This document shows positions 37,435-46,638 of a stretch of 50,898 nt of DNA, one piece after another. Below the pieces are notes generated by a model. That model ran no database searches and was not told where the DNA came from. It saw nothing but the letters and a program-made list of their open reading frames with translations. Each line of letters opens with the position of its first letter. The stretch's first letter is position 1. Made by a program: the position numbers and the translations under genes. The stretch is from positions 1 to 50,898 of the forward strand of contig CAISRK010000188.1 of assembly GCA_903887815.1 (NCBI GenBank), given 5' to 3'. The DNA comes from an uncultured Bacteroidales bacterium. Lineage in GTDB: Bacteria > Bacteroidota > Bacteroidia > Bacteroidales > UBA4417.

Positions 37435-37671
37435 ATGAGAATAGAAATAGTAACCCCTGATACTACAATTTACGAAGGTGAAGTTTCGCTGGCCCAACTG
37501 CCTGGTCTCGATGGTTCGTTCGAAATACTGAACAACCATGCTGCCATGATTGCTGCCCTGAAAAAAGGAAAAGTGAAGGTAATTGACGACAAGAAGGCGA
37601 CTTTGATTTTTGACATCAACGGCGGGGTTGCCGAAATACTGAAAAACCGGATACTTGTACTTGCAGAATAA
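37435..37671 (+). CDS. atpC: F1 ATP synthase subunit epsilon (short form, beta-sandwich domain only)
   Basis: 78 aa. The opening MRIEIVTPDTTIYEGEVSLAQLPGLDGSFEILNNHAAMIAAL is typical of the epsilon N-terminal domain. Positioned after atpD. Confidence 0.85.
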   Translation: MRIEIVTPDTTIYEGEVSLAQLPGLDGSFEILNNHAAMIAALKKGKVKVIDDKKATLIFDINGGVAEILKNRILVLAE

Positions 37672-37690
37672 GCATTTAATTATACGTATT

Positions 37691-37720
37691 GAGAAAGAGG
37701 ACAGCCGTTCTCTTTTTTTT
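37691..37720 (+). terminator. Candidate intrinsic terminator after atpC
   Basis: Interrupted stem gagaa...gg / cc..ttctc followed by T8 (37713-37720). Confidence 0.4.
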
Positions 37721-37736
37721 GCATTCATGGGAAAAA

Positions 37737-38336
37737 TCAGAACCCGGCATTTACATAATCCCCAGGCGAATTGATATTTATAAGAATTCTGTTGTCAGCG
37801 ATTTCGGCCCTCTTAATAGTGAATGTTCTGAGAAAATTGTCGATCCTGATATCATCCAAGCGGGTTGTTCCAACCTCCTTCACAACCTGGGAATTGATAA
37901 GCACCGGGTGACCCGATTTACCTTGAGATACGGGTATGATCACATTTGCCTCCTTCCTAAAAGCAAATAAATCATGAAGTATGTTTTCCGTTGTAAATGG
38001 ATTGTCAATATTTTGAAAAAAACAGTAATTCCCCGGTTTAATCGTCTGAATACCTGTTTGTAATGAACAGAACCGCCCCAGTTCAGGTTTTGGATTTATC
38101 ACCAGCAAAACCTTTTCGGATAAATCCGGTTTTACCTCTTCGAGCCTCTGGTATAGCTCTTTACTCACAACAACTACAACCAGGCTAAGACCTGCTTTCA
38201 AATACGTATCCGTAATTTGTTCAATGAAGGTAGTTTTCTTATCAAATTCCAATAAGGCCTTATGCATGCCCATACGCTCCGAACTTCCGGCCGAAAGAAC
38301 GATGCACGAGGTTTGTTGGAATAATTCTCTGTCCAT
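37737..38336 (-). CDS. mocA: MobA-like nucleotidyltransferase, MocA/YgfJ-type molybdenum cofactor cytidylyltransferase
   Basis: 199 aa. CIVLSAGSSERMGMHKALL (NTP-binding loop), INPKPELGRFCS, KSGHPVL. The C-terminal NINSPGDY parallels DIDTPDDF of E. coli MocA as I recall it. Confidence 0.7.
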   Translation of the reverse strand: MDRELFQQTSCIVLSAGSSERMGMHKALLEFDKKTTFIEQITDTYLKAGLSLVVVVVSKELYQRLEEVKPDLSEKVLLVINPKPELGRFCSLQTGIQTIKPGNYCFFQNIDNPFTTENILHDLFAFRKEANVIIPVSQGKSGHPVLINSQVVKEVGTTRLDDIRIDNFLRTFTIKRAEIADNRILININSPGDYVNAGF

Positions 38337-38398
38337 TTTAATTATTTGCTACTTTTACAAAAGTATAGAAAATGCCTCAGGTGGGCCATACACATAGT

Positions 38399-38434
38399 GT
38401 CTAGAGTGCCTAAAATGTCTAGAGTGCCTAGAGT
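38399..38434. repeat. ctagagtgcc-word repeat, upstream flank of four-helix-bundle gene A
   Basis: gtctagagtgcctaaaatgtctagagtgcctagagt. Related direct copies lie at 38907-38951 and an inverted copy at 39073-39113. Confidence 0.8.
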
Positions 38435-38532
38435 TTAAACTTATGAATGTTTTTTTGCTCATTATCCTGCAAATACCACTTTAGGCACTATAATATCCAA
38501 AATACTCGTACCATGATTTGAAACTCATTTTA

Positions 38533-38892
38533 ATGGAAAACAAAGAATTTGCAAAGCAGCTGGAAAACAGGACCAAACAGTTTGCAATTCGTATTATCAG
38601 GCTTTCTGTTTCCTTACCCACAACGCAGGAAGGAAAAGTAATAAAAAACCAGTTGACCAAATCGGGAACCAGCATTGGTGCAAATTACAGGGAAGCAAAC
38701 CGGTCGAGAAGCAAGGCTGATTTTTACAATAAAATCCAAATCTGCGAAAGTGAGGCAGGTGAGACTGTCTATTGGCTTGAACTTATTTCAGATTTTAACT
38801 GGGTAGATATTAAGGATGGGAATTCACTACTAACAGAAGCAAATGAACTACTTGCTATTTTTACTGCAATAAGTAAAAACCTGAAGCCATAG
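38533..38892 (+). CDS. Four-helix-bundle protein (23S rRNA intervening-sequence protein family)
   Basis: 119 aa from the ATG at 38533 (the ORF-track start at 38518 is TTG). Family signature QLTKSGTSIGANYREANRSRSKADFYNKIQICESEAGETVYWLEL. Confidence 0.85.
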   Translation: MENKEFAKQLENRTKQFAIRIIRLSVSLPTTQEGKVIKNQLTKSGTSIGANYREANRSRSKADFYNKIQICESEAGETVYWLELISDFNWVDIKDGNSLLTEANELLAIFTAISKNLKP

Positions 38893-38906
38893 ATTAGCAT
38901 ACTGCA

Positions 38907-38951
38907 CTTAAGAGCCTAAAATGCCTTGAGTGCCAAGAGTGCCTAAAATGC
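38907..38951. repeat. ctagagtgcc-word repeat, downstream direct copy
   Basis: cttaagagcctaaaatgccttgagtgccaagagtgcctaaaatgc. Confidence 0.75.
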
Positions 38952-39072
38952 ATTTAGTTGATAAAAAATGCTTCTTGCCATACAATTACAATACAAATCA
39001 AGCTTTAATACCGTACAAAATCAAATAAATCTGTTTTACCCGAAATACTCTTAATACCCGAATAACAAAATC

Positions 39073-39113
39073 ACTCTAGACACTCTAGGCACTCTAGGGC
39101 ACTCGAGGCACTC
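39073..39113. repeat. ctagagtgcc-word repeat, inverted copy
   Basis: actctagacactctaggcactctagggcactcgaggcactc. It contains a 16-nt exact complement of 38418-38433. Confidence 0.8.
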
Positions 39114-39132
39114 AATAAATCAACTCTTCCCA

Positions 39133-42100
39133 ATGATCCATTCCTCAGCATTTTCAACAGTATCGGCAAATAATCTATATAAACTTATTTCTAGTGAGTA
39201 CACTTCCCGAAAAGAAATCTTCGGCATCCCTGAAGCTTTGTTTTTCAATCCCACAAATCATGGAGAAATCTCCATGGAAATCTTCGGCAAACACCTTTAT
39301 TCTCCCCTTGGCGTTGCTGCCGGTCCGCATACGCAGATGGCACAGAATATTATTTCAGCCTGGCTTTGCGGGGCAAGCTATATTGAGCTGAAGACCGTTC
39401 AAACCCTCGATGAACTTGAAATTTCGAAACCCTGCATCGATATGCAGGACGAAGGCTACAACTGCGAATGGTCGCAGGAGCTGAAAATCCAGGAGTCGTT
39501 TGCCGAATACCTCAAAGCCTGGGTGATCATTCATATTTTGCAGCACAAATTCGGCTGGGACAAACTGCAAAAACGCGGGTTTGTGTTCAATATGAGTATT
39601 GGCTACAATTTCGAAGGCATTCAGAATGAGAATATGCAGTGGTTTCTGAAAAACATGTCCGGTTGCGGTGAGGCCAAAACTCAGATGATCAGTGAATTGC
39701 TGCCCCTTTATCCTGAACTCACCGGTATCGAAATTCCCGATTGTATTTCCGATAACATCACCCTCAGCACCATGCACGGCTGCCCGCCCGATGAAATCGA
39801 AAAAATCGGCCACTACCTGCTGAAGGAAAAGAAACTTCATACCCTGATCAAGCTAAACCCGACACTTCTGGGAAAGGATGAATTACGCGAAATCTTAAAT
39901 AATAAACTTCAGTTCAAAACTTCCGTTCCCGATATTGCTTTCGAACACGACCTGAAGTATGCCGATGCAACCGGAATTATTCAGCGGCTGCAGCAGACTG
40001 CCGACGCCGAAGGTTTGTTTTTTGGAGTCAAACTAACCAATACGCTCGAAAGCCTCAATCATAAAAACATATTCCCGGCTAAGGAGCAAATGATGTACAT
40101 GAGCGGCAGTGCTTTGCATCCCATAAGTGTAAACGTTGCCCGCAAACTGCAGAACGAATTCAATGGGAAACTCAATACTTCCTTTTCAGCCGGGGCCGAT
40201 TGCTTTAATATAAACGACCTTGTTGAAAGCGGCCTGAAACCGGTTACGGTTTGTTCCGATGTGCTCAAACCCGGCGGATACGGGAGGCTGCATCAATATG
40301 TGGAAGCCCTTTCGGGAAAAACCGTTTCCGGCAAAACGACTCCGCTCGAAAAATTAAATGCCTATGCTGTCGAAGTTCTGTCGAACGATGACTATAAACG
40401 CGACCCTTTCGTAAATAAAAGCATAAAATCCAGCCGTTCCTTAGGCTATTTCGACTGCATTCATGCTCCCTGTGTTGACGAATGCCCGACTAATCAGGAC
40501 ATTCCTGAGTATCTCTATCACACCTCGCAGGGTGATTTTCAGAAAGCCTTCGATGTGATCATGGTCAAAAACCCGTTCCCGAATGTGCTGGGAGTAGCCT
40601 GCGATCATTTGTGCCAGGCCAAATGCACACGCATCAATTACGAGCAGGTGCTGAAAATAAAGGAAGTGAAACGCTTTGTTGCTGAAAAAGGATTTGAAGC
40701 CGATATTAGTATAGCATCACCCAACGGAAAGAAAATTGCTATAATCGGTGCCGGTCCTTCGGGTTTGAGTTGCGCCTATTTCCTGAGGATGGGTGGTTTT
40801 GAAGTTGGGATTTTTGAAACAAAATCCATTCCCGGTGGCATGGTTTCGGAAGCCATTCCGGCTTTCCGCCTCAAAATGGAATCGATACAAAAAGACATTC
40901 AGCGCATCGAAAAGCTTGGAGTAAAAATCCACTACAATTCAAAGATTGATTCCGCCCGTTTTGCCGGCCTGCGCGCCCAATATGATTTTGTTTATATCGC
41001 TGCCGGCGCCCAGCATTTCAAAACCTTACAGATAGAAGGCGAAACGGCCTCCGGAGTTTTAAATGCATTTGAATTTCTTAAAAATGTTAAATACGGCAAA
41101 GCCGTTGAGCTGGGTAAAAACATCATCATCATCGGCGGCGGAAATACCGCCATGGATGTAGCCCGCACGGCTAAACGTACAGCGCAGCCCGGAAGCTCCG
41201 TAAAAGTGCTTTACCGCCGCACCCGGACCGAAATGCCTGCCGATGTGGATGAAATAAAAGCCCTGCTTGCCGAAGGGATTGAACTGCACGAGCTGCTGGC
41301 CCCGGAAAAGCTGGAGGTAAGCGAAAATAGGATTACTTCTGTTGTCTGTTCCAGGATGCAGCTGGTAAAAACCGATAAGGATTCGCGCTTAACCCCGGTG
41401 AAAATAGAAGGTGAATTTGTTGAATTTGCCGCCGACACTCTGATTCCCGCTCTCGGGCAGGAAATTGATATTGATTTTATTTCCTCCGCTGAACTTAAAA
41501 CCGAAAAAGGTTCATACCAAACCGGTATTCCAGGTGTATTTATCGGCGGCGATGCCATGCGGGGCGCGGCAACCATAGTGAAAGCGGTTGGCGACGGTCG
41601 CAAAGCAGCCATTCAGATCGGGGCAAAAGCAGGAATTGTGCTTCCTTCCGAAAAGCTTTCGTCCGACAAAAAACTATCGCATAGCGATCTGATTACTCGT
41701 AAATCGAAACGGGTAAAAATGGCGGAATTCTTTTTGGGCGATCACCCTGTGTTTACCGACGAATCAGCCATTCGTGAGGCTTCACGCTGCCTTTTCTGCG
41801 GCGATGCCTGCAGTGTTTGCGTTACGGTTTGCCCGAACCGCGCTAACCAATATTACCTTACCGAAGCGGCTGAAGTGCCGGTATGGAAAATTAATTTTGT
41901 GGATGGCGAAGTATCACCAATTATTAAAAGTCATCTGAAAATTGATCAGAAATACCAGGTGCTCAACGTGGCCGATTTTTGCAACGAATGCGGCAACTGC
42001 ACCACCTTCTGCCCGACCAAAGGATCACCTTTCAGCGACAAGCCACGTTTCTGCCTTACCGAAAAAAGCTTCAACCAGACCGGAAACGGGTTTTACCTGC

Positions 42101-42327
42101 AGAAAGAGGGATTGACCACAACCCTGTTTCACCGGAAAGGGGATAAAGTAATGCAGCTCACCAAAGGAGAAAATCTTTACAGGTATTCAGATGTGGAAGT
42201 TGAAGTCAATTTTGATTTAAACGATTTCCAGGTTGTTACAGTAAATAAACTGAATTATTCCGGGAGCGATATTGTCCTGGATAAAGCAGCCGAAATGAAA
42301 GTTCTTATCGATTCTGTTTCCTTTTAA
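39133..42327 (+). CDS. YgfK-like multidomain Fe-S flavoprotein: DHOD/DPD-like TIM barrel + GltD-like FAD/NAD(P) module + 2x[4Fe-4S] ferredoxin
   Basis: 1064 aa. N-terminal PLGVAAGPHT...ELKTVQ barrel. CIHAPCVDECPTNQDIPEY plus ACDHLCQAKCTR cluster motifs. Rossmann folds IAIIGAGPSGLSCAYFL and IIIIGGGNTAMDVART. C-terminal CLFCGDACSVCVTVCP and CNECGNCTTFCP. Domain order and length match E. coli YgfK as I recall it. Confidence 0.75.
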   Translation: MIHSSAFSTVSANNLYKLISSEYTSRKEIFGIPEALFFNPTNHGEISMEIFGKHLYSPLGVAAGPHTQMAQNIISAWLCGASYIELKTVQTLDELEISKPCIDMQDEGYNCEWSQELKIQESFAEYLKAWVIIHILQHKFGWDKLQKRGFVFNMSIGYNFEGIQNENMQWFLKNMSGCGEAKTQMISELLPLYPELTGIEIPDCISDNITLSTMHGCPPDEIEKIGHYLLKEKKLHTLIKLNPTLLGKDELREILNNKLQFKTSVPDIAFEHDLKYADATGIIQRLQQTADAEGLFFGVKLTNTLESLNHKNIFPAKEQMMYMSGSALHPISVNVARKLQNEFNGKLNTSFSAGADCFNINDLVESGLKPVTVCSDVLKPGGYGRLHQYVEALSGKTVSGKTTPLEKLNAYAVEVLSNDDYKRDPFVNKSIKSSRSLGYFDCIHAPCVDECPTNQDIPEYLYHTSQGDFQKAFDVIMVKNPFPNVLGVACDHLCQAKCTRINYEQVLKIKEVKRFVAEKGFEADISIASPNGKKIAIIGAGPSGLSCAYFLRMGGFEVGIFETKSIPGGMVSEAIPAFRLKMESIQKDIQRIEKLGVKIHYNSKIDSARFAGLRAQYDFVYIAAGAQHFKTLQIEGETASGVLNAFEFLKNVKYGKAVELGKNIIIIGGGNTAMDVARTAKRTAQPGSSVKVLYRRTRTEMPADVDEIKALLAEGIELHELLAPEKLEVSENRITSVVCSRMQLVKTDKDSRLTPVKIEGEFVEFAADTLIPALGQEIDIDFISSAELKTEKGSYQTGIPGVFIGGDAMRGAATIVKAVGDGRKAAIQIGAKAGIVLPSEKLSSDKKLSHSDLITRKSKRVKMAEFFLGDHPVFTDESAIREASRCLFCGDACSVCVTVCPNRANQYYLTEAAEVPVWKINFVDGEVSPIIKSHLKIDQKYQVLNVADFCNECGNCTTFCPTKGSPFSDKPRFCLTEKSFNQTGNGFYLQKEGLTTTLFHRKGDKVMQLTKGENLYRYSDVEVEVNFDLNDFQVVTVNKLNYSGSDIVLDKAAEMKVLIDSVSF

Positions 42328-42352
42328 TCAAAACTATACAACTGGAATAAAA

Positions 42353-43666
42353 ATGGTCTCAAGAAGAAGGTTTATCGAAAACGGTATTTTACTTGGCAGC
42401 GCCCTTGCATTATGGTCGTTCAAACCCCGTGCAATATCATTTTCAGGAGATGAATTTGATGTGCCGGAGGATCTTCAAAAGGAAATGTACAATAAGGCTC
42501 TGGCACTTGCCAAATTAAAAATACGGGGCGGAAGCGATCACCCGGTATTTAAGAAACCATTCCTGGATGCGGCATTTTCGGAAAGTATTTTTTACTGGGA
42601 CACCTGTTTCATTGCTACTTACGCGAAATACCATCAGGATGAGTTGCCCATAGCCAATGCGCTGGATAATTTCTACGACCGCATGGACACTGACGGCTAC
42701 ATCTGTCGCGAATTCAGGCCCGATGGCACCCCTTTCTGGCCGAAAAACCACCCGGTAAGCATGAATCCGCCCCTGCTGGCTTTTGCCGAACTGGAGCTGT
42801 TTTCAATTAAGAAAGACGAAAAACGCCTCGCAAAAGTTTATCCATTTCTGAAAAAGCATTTCCGGTACTGGGTTCAAACCTACCAGTGCCCCGATAAATT
42901 GTTTTTCAGCGATGCTTTCGGAAGTGGGATGGACAATATCGAACGCTATCCCTTTGGGTGGCAGGACGACAAACAGGGAATCCCCCTGGTAAATCTGCAC
43001 CCGGAAATTTTCTTATACGATTATCTAAGTTCAAAGTGGAACAAACAAGGCCGCTCCGTCGACGCTTCCGCGCAAATGTGTTTGTTTGCCGATAACATGG
43101 CTGCAATAGCAAAAATCATTAATCAAAACGCAGATATTAAATACTACACAGCGTTTCATGAAGAAGTTGCTTCTGCCATAAACCAGCACTGCTGGAACGA
43201 GGAAGATGGTTTTTACTACGACCTGGGCTATGGCAAGCAAATCAAACGGAAACATATCGGGATGTTCTGGACTTTGCTAGGGGGAGTTGTGCCCGAAAAT
43301 AAGCTGGATAAATTCCTTGCTCATCTTACCAATCCGGGCGAATTCCGGACTAAAATTCCGGTAGCTTCCTTCAGCGCCGACCAGCCGGAGTATAACCCCA
43401 AAGGCGCATACTGGCTGGGAAGCGTATGGGCACCAACTAATTATATGGTTTTACGCGGATTGTCGCTGTATGGGAAAAACGACTTAGCCCGCGAAATAGC
43501 CGAACAATATTACTGGGCTGTGGCCGAAGTGTATAAGGAAACCGGTACTTTCTGGGAAAATTATGCTCCGGCTGACATTTCGCAGGGAAACCAGGCCTCT
43601 AAAGATTTTTGCGGCTGGACTGCACTTGTCCCGATCACGGTTCTGAAAGAATATATCACGAAATAG
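42353..43666 (+). CDS. Tat-exported (alpha/alpha)6-barrel glycoside hydrolase, GH63/MGH1/trehalase-like
   Basis: 437 aa. Twin-arginine signal MVSRRRFIENGILLGSALA. Motifs FYWDTCF, GSGMDNIERYP, GAYWLGSVWAPTNYMVLRGLSLYG, FWENYAP. Confidence 0.65.
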   Translation: MVSRRRFIENGILLGSALALWSFKPRAISFSGDEFDVPEDLQKEMYNKALALAKLKIRGGSDHPVFKKPFLDAAFSESIFYWDTCFIATYAKYHQDELPIANALDNFYDRMDTDGYICREFRPDGTPFWPKNHPVSMNPPLLAFAELELFSIKKDEKRLAKVYPFLKKHFRYWVQTYQCPDKLFFSDAFGSGMDNIERYPFGWQDDKQGIPLVNLHPEIFLYDYLSSKWNKQGRSVDASAQMCLFADNMAAIAKIINQNADIKYYTAFHEEVASAINQHCWNEEDGFYYDLGYGKQIKRKHIGMFWTLLGGVVPENKLDKFLAHLTNPGEFRTKIPVASFSADQPEYNPKGAYWLGSVWAPTNYMVLRGLSLYGKNDLAREIAEQYYWAVAEVYKETGTFWENYAPADISQGNQASKDFCGWTALVPITVLKEYITK

Positions 43667-43785
43667 CACTCACGGGTAGAAATGACCGGGAAATTCAGTA
43701 AATTTATAGGAACAACCGAATCATAATCAAAAAAACAGAATTACTCATTCGTCATCGAAAAGACATACATTTAACAGAAATACAA

Positions 43786-45264
43786 ATGATTACTCTTACT
43801 GACAAAATTGTAAACCCTGCCACAAGGCAGAAAGCCATCGAACGCTTCCGCGAAAAAGGAATTGTGCTGCCCACATTTGCTCAAATGCGCAACCCCGAAC
43901 TGGTACCGGGAAAAATCAAAGATCAGCTTAAAACCATCGGATTATGGGACCTCCACCCGGCCAATCTTTTCCGTATTACCTGGAAAAACCAGCCTGTTGC
44001 CAAAGGCGGATTATATGGCGATGTAAATTACCTTGAAATTCCATCGGAACTCACCGGAGTACAAACACGAATAATTCTCCTGATCGGAAAATATTTCCCC
44101 ACCGGTGCCCATAAAGTAGGTGCTGCATACGGCTGCCTTGCACCGCGTATTATCACGGGCGAATTCGATCCTACCTACCACAAAGCAGTATGGCCTTCAA
44201 CAGGCAATTATTGCCGGGGCGGCGCCTTCGATTCGCATCTTATGGGCGTTACTGCAGTAGCTATTCTTCCGGAGGAAATGAGCAAAGAACGTTTTACCTG
44301 GCTTAAAGAAATTGGTGCCGAAGTAATTGCAACACCGGGCTGTGAATCGAATGTAAAAGAAATTTACGATAAATGCTGGGATATCCGACGCAACCGTAAG
44401 GACTGCGTGATTTTTAACCAGTTCGACGAATTCGGCAATCCCTGCTGGCACTATAATGTTACGGCCCCGGCTATCGAGGAAGTCTTCAATTCAGTAAAAT
44501 CGGCCAAAGGACAGCTGGCTGCATACGTTTCGGCAACCGGATCAGCAGGGACCATTGGCGCCGGCGACTACCTTAAAAAGCAATTCCCGCACATGAAAAT
44601 TGTTGCATCCGAAGCATTGCAATGCCCTACCCTGCTTAACAACGGGTTTGGCGGACACCGCATCGAAGGAATCGGCGACAAGCATGTTCCGTGGGTTCAC
44701 AATGCAAAAAACACTGATGTTGTTACCGCCATCGACGATGATGACTGCATGCGCATATTCCGTCTCTTCAACGAAGCTGAGGGAAAAAATTACCTGAAAA
44801 CCATAGGCATTAACCCTGAACTTATCAGTCAGCTCGGATTGCTCGGCATTTCGGGAGTTGCTAATATCCTTTCGGCAATTAAAACGGCAAAGTATTACGA
44901 AATGACGAGTGATGATGTTATCTTCAGTCTTGCAACCGACTCGGCAGAAATGTATGGTTCACGTCTTGAGGAACTGAACGCTGAAAAAGGCGCTTATTCT
45001 GAGCTGCAGGCTGCTAAGGATATGGAGAAATGCCTCATCGGACAGGCAACAGATCATCTGAAAGAACTTTCATACTACGATCGCAAAGCCATCCACAACC
45101 TAAAGTATTTCACCTGGATCGAACAGCAGGAAAAAAATCTTGAAGACCTGAACCAGCTTTGGAACGACCGCGATGTATGGACCCAGCAATTTCAGCAGGC
45201 CGAACGCTGGGATGAAATGATAAATGAATTTAATGAAGAAACCGGCGTACTGAAAAGTTTATAA
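43786..45264 (+). CDS. Fold-type-II PLP-dependent enzyme (cysteine synthase / Trp-synthase-beta superfamily), long form, function unknown
   Basis: 492 aa. Putative PLP-lysine region FPTGAHKVGAAYG. PSTGNYCRGGAFDSHLMGVTAVAILPE parallels SSGNTG...PE of CysK-type enzymes. Glycine-rich SATGSAGTIGAG loop. ~150-aa C-terminal extension. Confidence 0.6.
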   Translation: MITLTDKIVNPATRQKAIERFREKGIVLPTFAQMRNPELVPGKIKDQLKTIGLWDLHPANLFRITWKNQPVAKGGLYGDVNYLEIPSELTGVQTRIILLIGKYFPTGAHKVGAAYGCLAPRIITGEFDPTYHKAVWPSTGNYCRGGAFDSHLMGVTAVAILPEEMSKERFTWLKEIGAEVIATPGCESNVKEIYDKCWDIRRNRKDCVIFNQFDEFGNPCWHYNVTAPAIEEVFNSVKSAKGQLAAYVSATGSAGTIGAGDYLKKQFPHMKIVASEALQCPTLLNNGFGGHRIEGIGDKHVPWVHNAKNTDVVTAIDDDDCMRIFRLFNEAEGKNYLKTIGINPELISQLGLLGISGVANILSAIKTAKYYEMTSDDVIFSLATDSAEMYGSRLEELNAEKGAYSELQAAKDMEKCLIGQATDHLKELSYYDRKAIHNLKYFTWIEQQEKNLEDLNQLWNDRDVWTQQFQQAERWDEMINEFNEETGVLKSL

Positions 45265-45354
45265 AGTGTCTGCACACCTATTTCAGCTGTCTCACTCTTT
45301 ATCCAACCTGTAACCTTCACCTCAAAAGAATAAATTCTAACAGAGATTCTATTT

Positions 45355-46596
45355 ATGATTTCAAAATTCATATACCAATGCAACGACTGCGGCATACAAA
45401 TCCCTGCCGGGGAAATTGTGTACCTCTGTCCCGGATGCAGCGAAAAGCAGCAACCGGGCCAGCCACCGCTTGGCGTGCTTAAAATTGTGTACGATTATAA
45501 AGCATTAAGCGGTATAGTTTTCCAGGAACTTGAGGATAACAGGTTTCTTCAACTGTTGCCGGTACAGGACATGAAAAGTTTCCCGAATCTTCGTGTAGGG
45601 CACACTCCCTTATATGAAATCGATCAATTAAACGGCCATATCAATGATTTTGAACTCTATCTCAAAGACGACTCTCAAAATCCCACATTTTCATTTAAGG
45701 ACAGGGCTTCGGCCCTGGTTTCCGCTTTCGCGAAAGAAAACGGGATTGATACGATAGTTGCCGCTTCCACCGGTAATGCGGGCTCCTCCCTTGCTGGAAT
45801 ATGTGCTGCCCAGGGCCAGAAAGCGGTGATATTTGCACCTTCCACGGCACCTAAAGCAAAGCTTACCCAGATTATGATGTACGGCGCTACACTCGTTCCT
45901 GTTGCCGGGAACTACGACAGCGCCTTCGACCTGAGTATAGAAGCAACCCGTCGTTTTGGCTGGTACAACCGCAATACCGCTTTCAACCCACTAACGGTTG
46001 AAGGGAAAAAGACAGTTTCGTTCGAATTGTTCAGCCAGTTGCATGAAAATACCCCTGATTTTATTTTCGTTCCTGTTGGTGACGGGGTTATAATTTCAGG
46101 AGTGTACAAGGGTTTTGAGGATCTTCTCCTGCTTGGAATTATCGAAAAAATGCCTGTTATTATTGCGGTTCAGGCTGCCGGGAGCAGCAACCTGGTAGGT
46201 AATATCGGGAAATCGGAATTCCAGGTTACACCTTCACATACCATCGCCGACAGCATTTCGGTCGATATCCCGCGAAATTTCCACATGGCTGCGGATTACC
46301 TGACAAAATACCATGGGCAAACCGTAACTGTGAGTGATGATGAAATTATAAAAGCATCATCAATGCTGGCTAAAAATACAGGGATTTTTACCGAACCGGC
46401 TGCAGCTGCTGCATTTGCAGGATTTCTCGATTATAAAACCAGGAGTATGATTCCCAAAGGTTCCACTAACGTAGTTTTGCTTACCGGCAGCGGCCTGAAA
46501 GACCTTAGTGCTGTTCAAACACTCTTTGATATTCCACAGGCAGTTGCACCTGATATTGATTCAGTCGGGATGTTTTTAAAGGCTGCAGAGGTTTAG
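45355..46596 (+). CDS. Threonine-synthase-like fold-type-II PLP enzyme with N-terminal Cys4 zinc ribbon
   Basis: 413 aa. CNDCGIQIPAGEIVYLCPGC (CxxC-x13-CxxC), PLP-lysine motif PTFSFKDRAS, ASTGNAGSSLA, LLTGSGLKD. Confidence 0.7.
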   Translation: MISKFIYQCNDCGIQIPAGEIVYLCPGCSEKQQPGQPPLGVLKIVYDYKALSGIVFQELEDNRFLQLLPVQDMKSFPNLRVGHTPLYEIDQLNGHINDFELYLKDDSQNPTFSFKDRASALVSAFAKENGIDTIVAASTGNAGSSLAGICAAQGQKAVIFAPSTAPKAKLTQIMMYGATLVPVAGNYDSAFDLSIEATRRFGWYNRNTAFNPLTVEGKKTVSFELFSQLHENTPDFIFVPVGDGVIISGVYKGFEDLLLLGIIEKMPVIIAVQAAGSSNLVGNIGKSEFQVTPSHTIADSISVDIPRNFHMAADYLTKYHGQTVTVSDDEIIKASSMLAKNTGIFTEPAAAAAFAGFLDYKTRSMIPKGSTNVVLLTGSGLKDLSAVQTLFDIPQAVAPDIDSVGMFLKAAEV

Positions 46597-46638
46597 TGTT
46601 TCAGAAATTGTTTTGCTAATTTGACAAATTAATATAAC

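Noticed and set aside
37689-37970. 93-aa plus-strand ORF after atpC
   Set aside because: It starts within the atpC terminator and runs antisense through the mocA-like gene. It has no motifs.
38533-38892. Four-helix-bundle proteins as Avd components of a diversity-generating retroelement
   Set aside because: No reverse transcriptase ORF and no template/variable repeat pair is present anywhere in the window.
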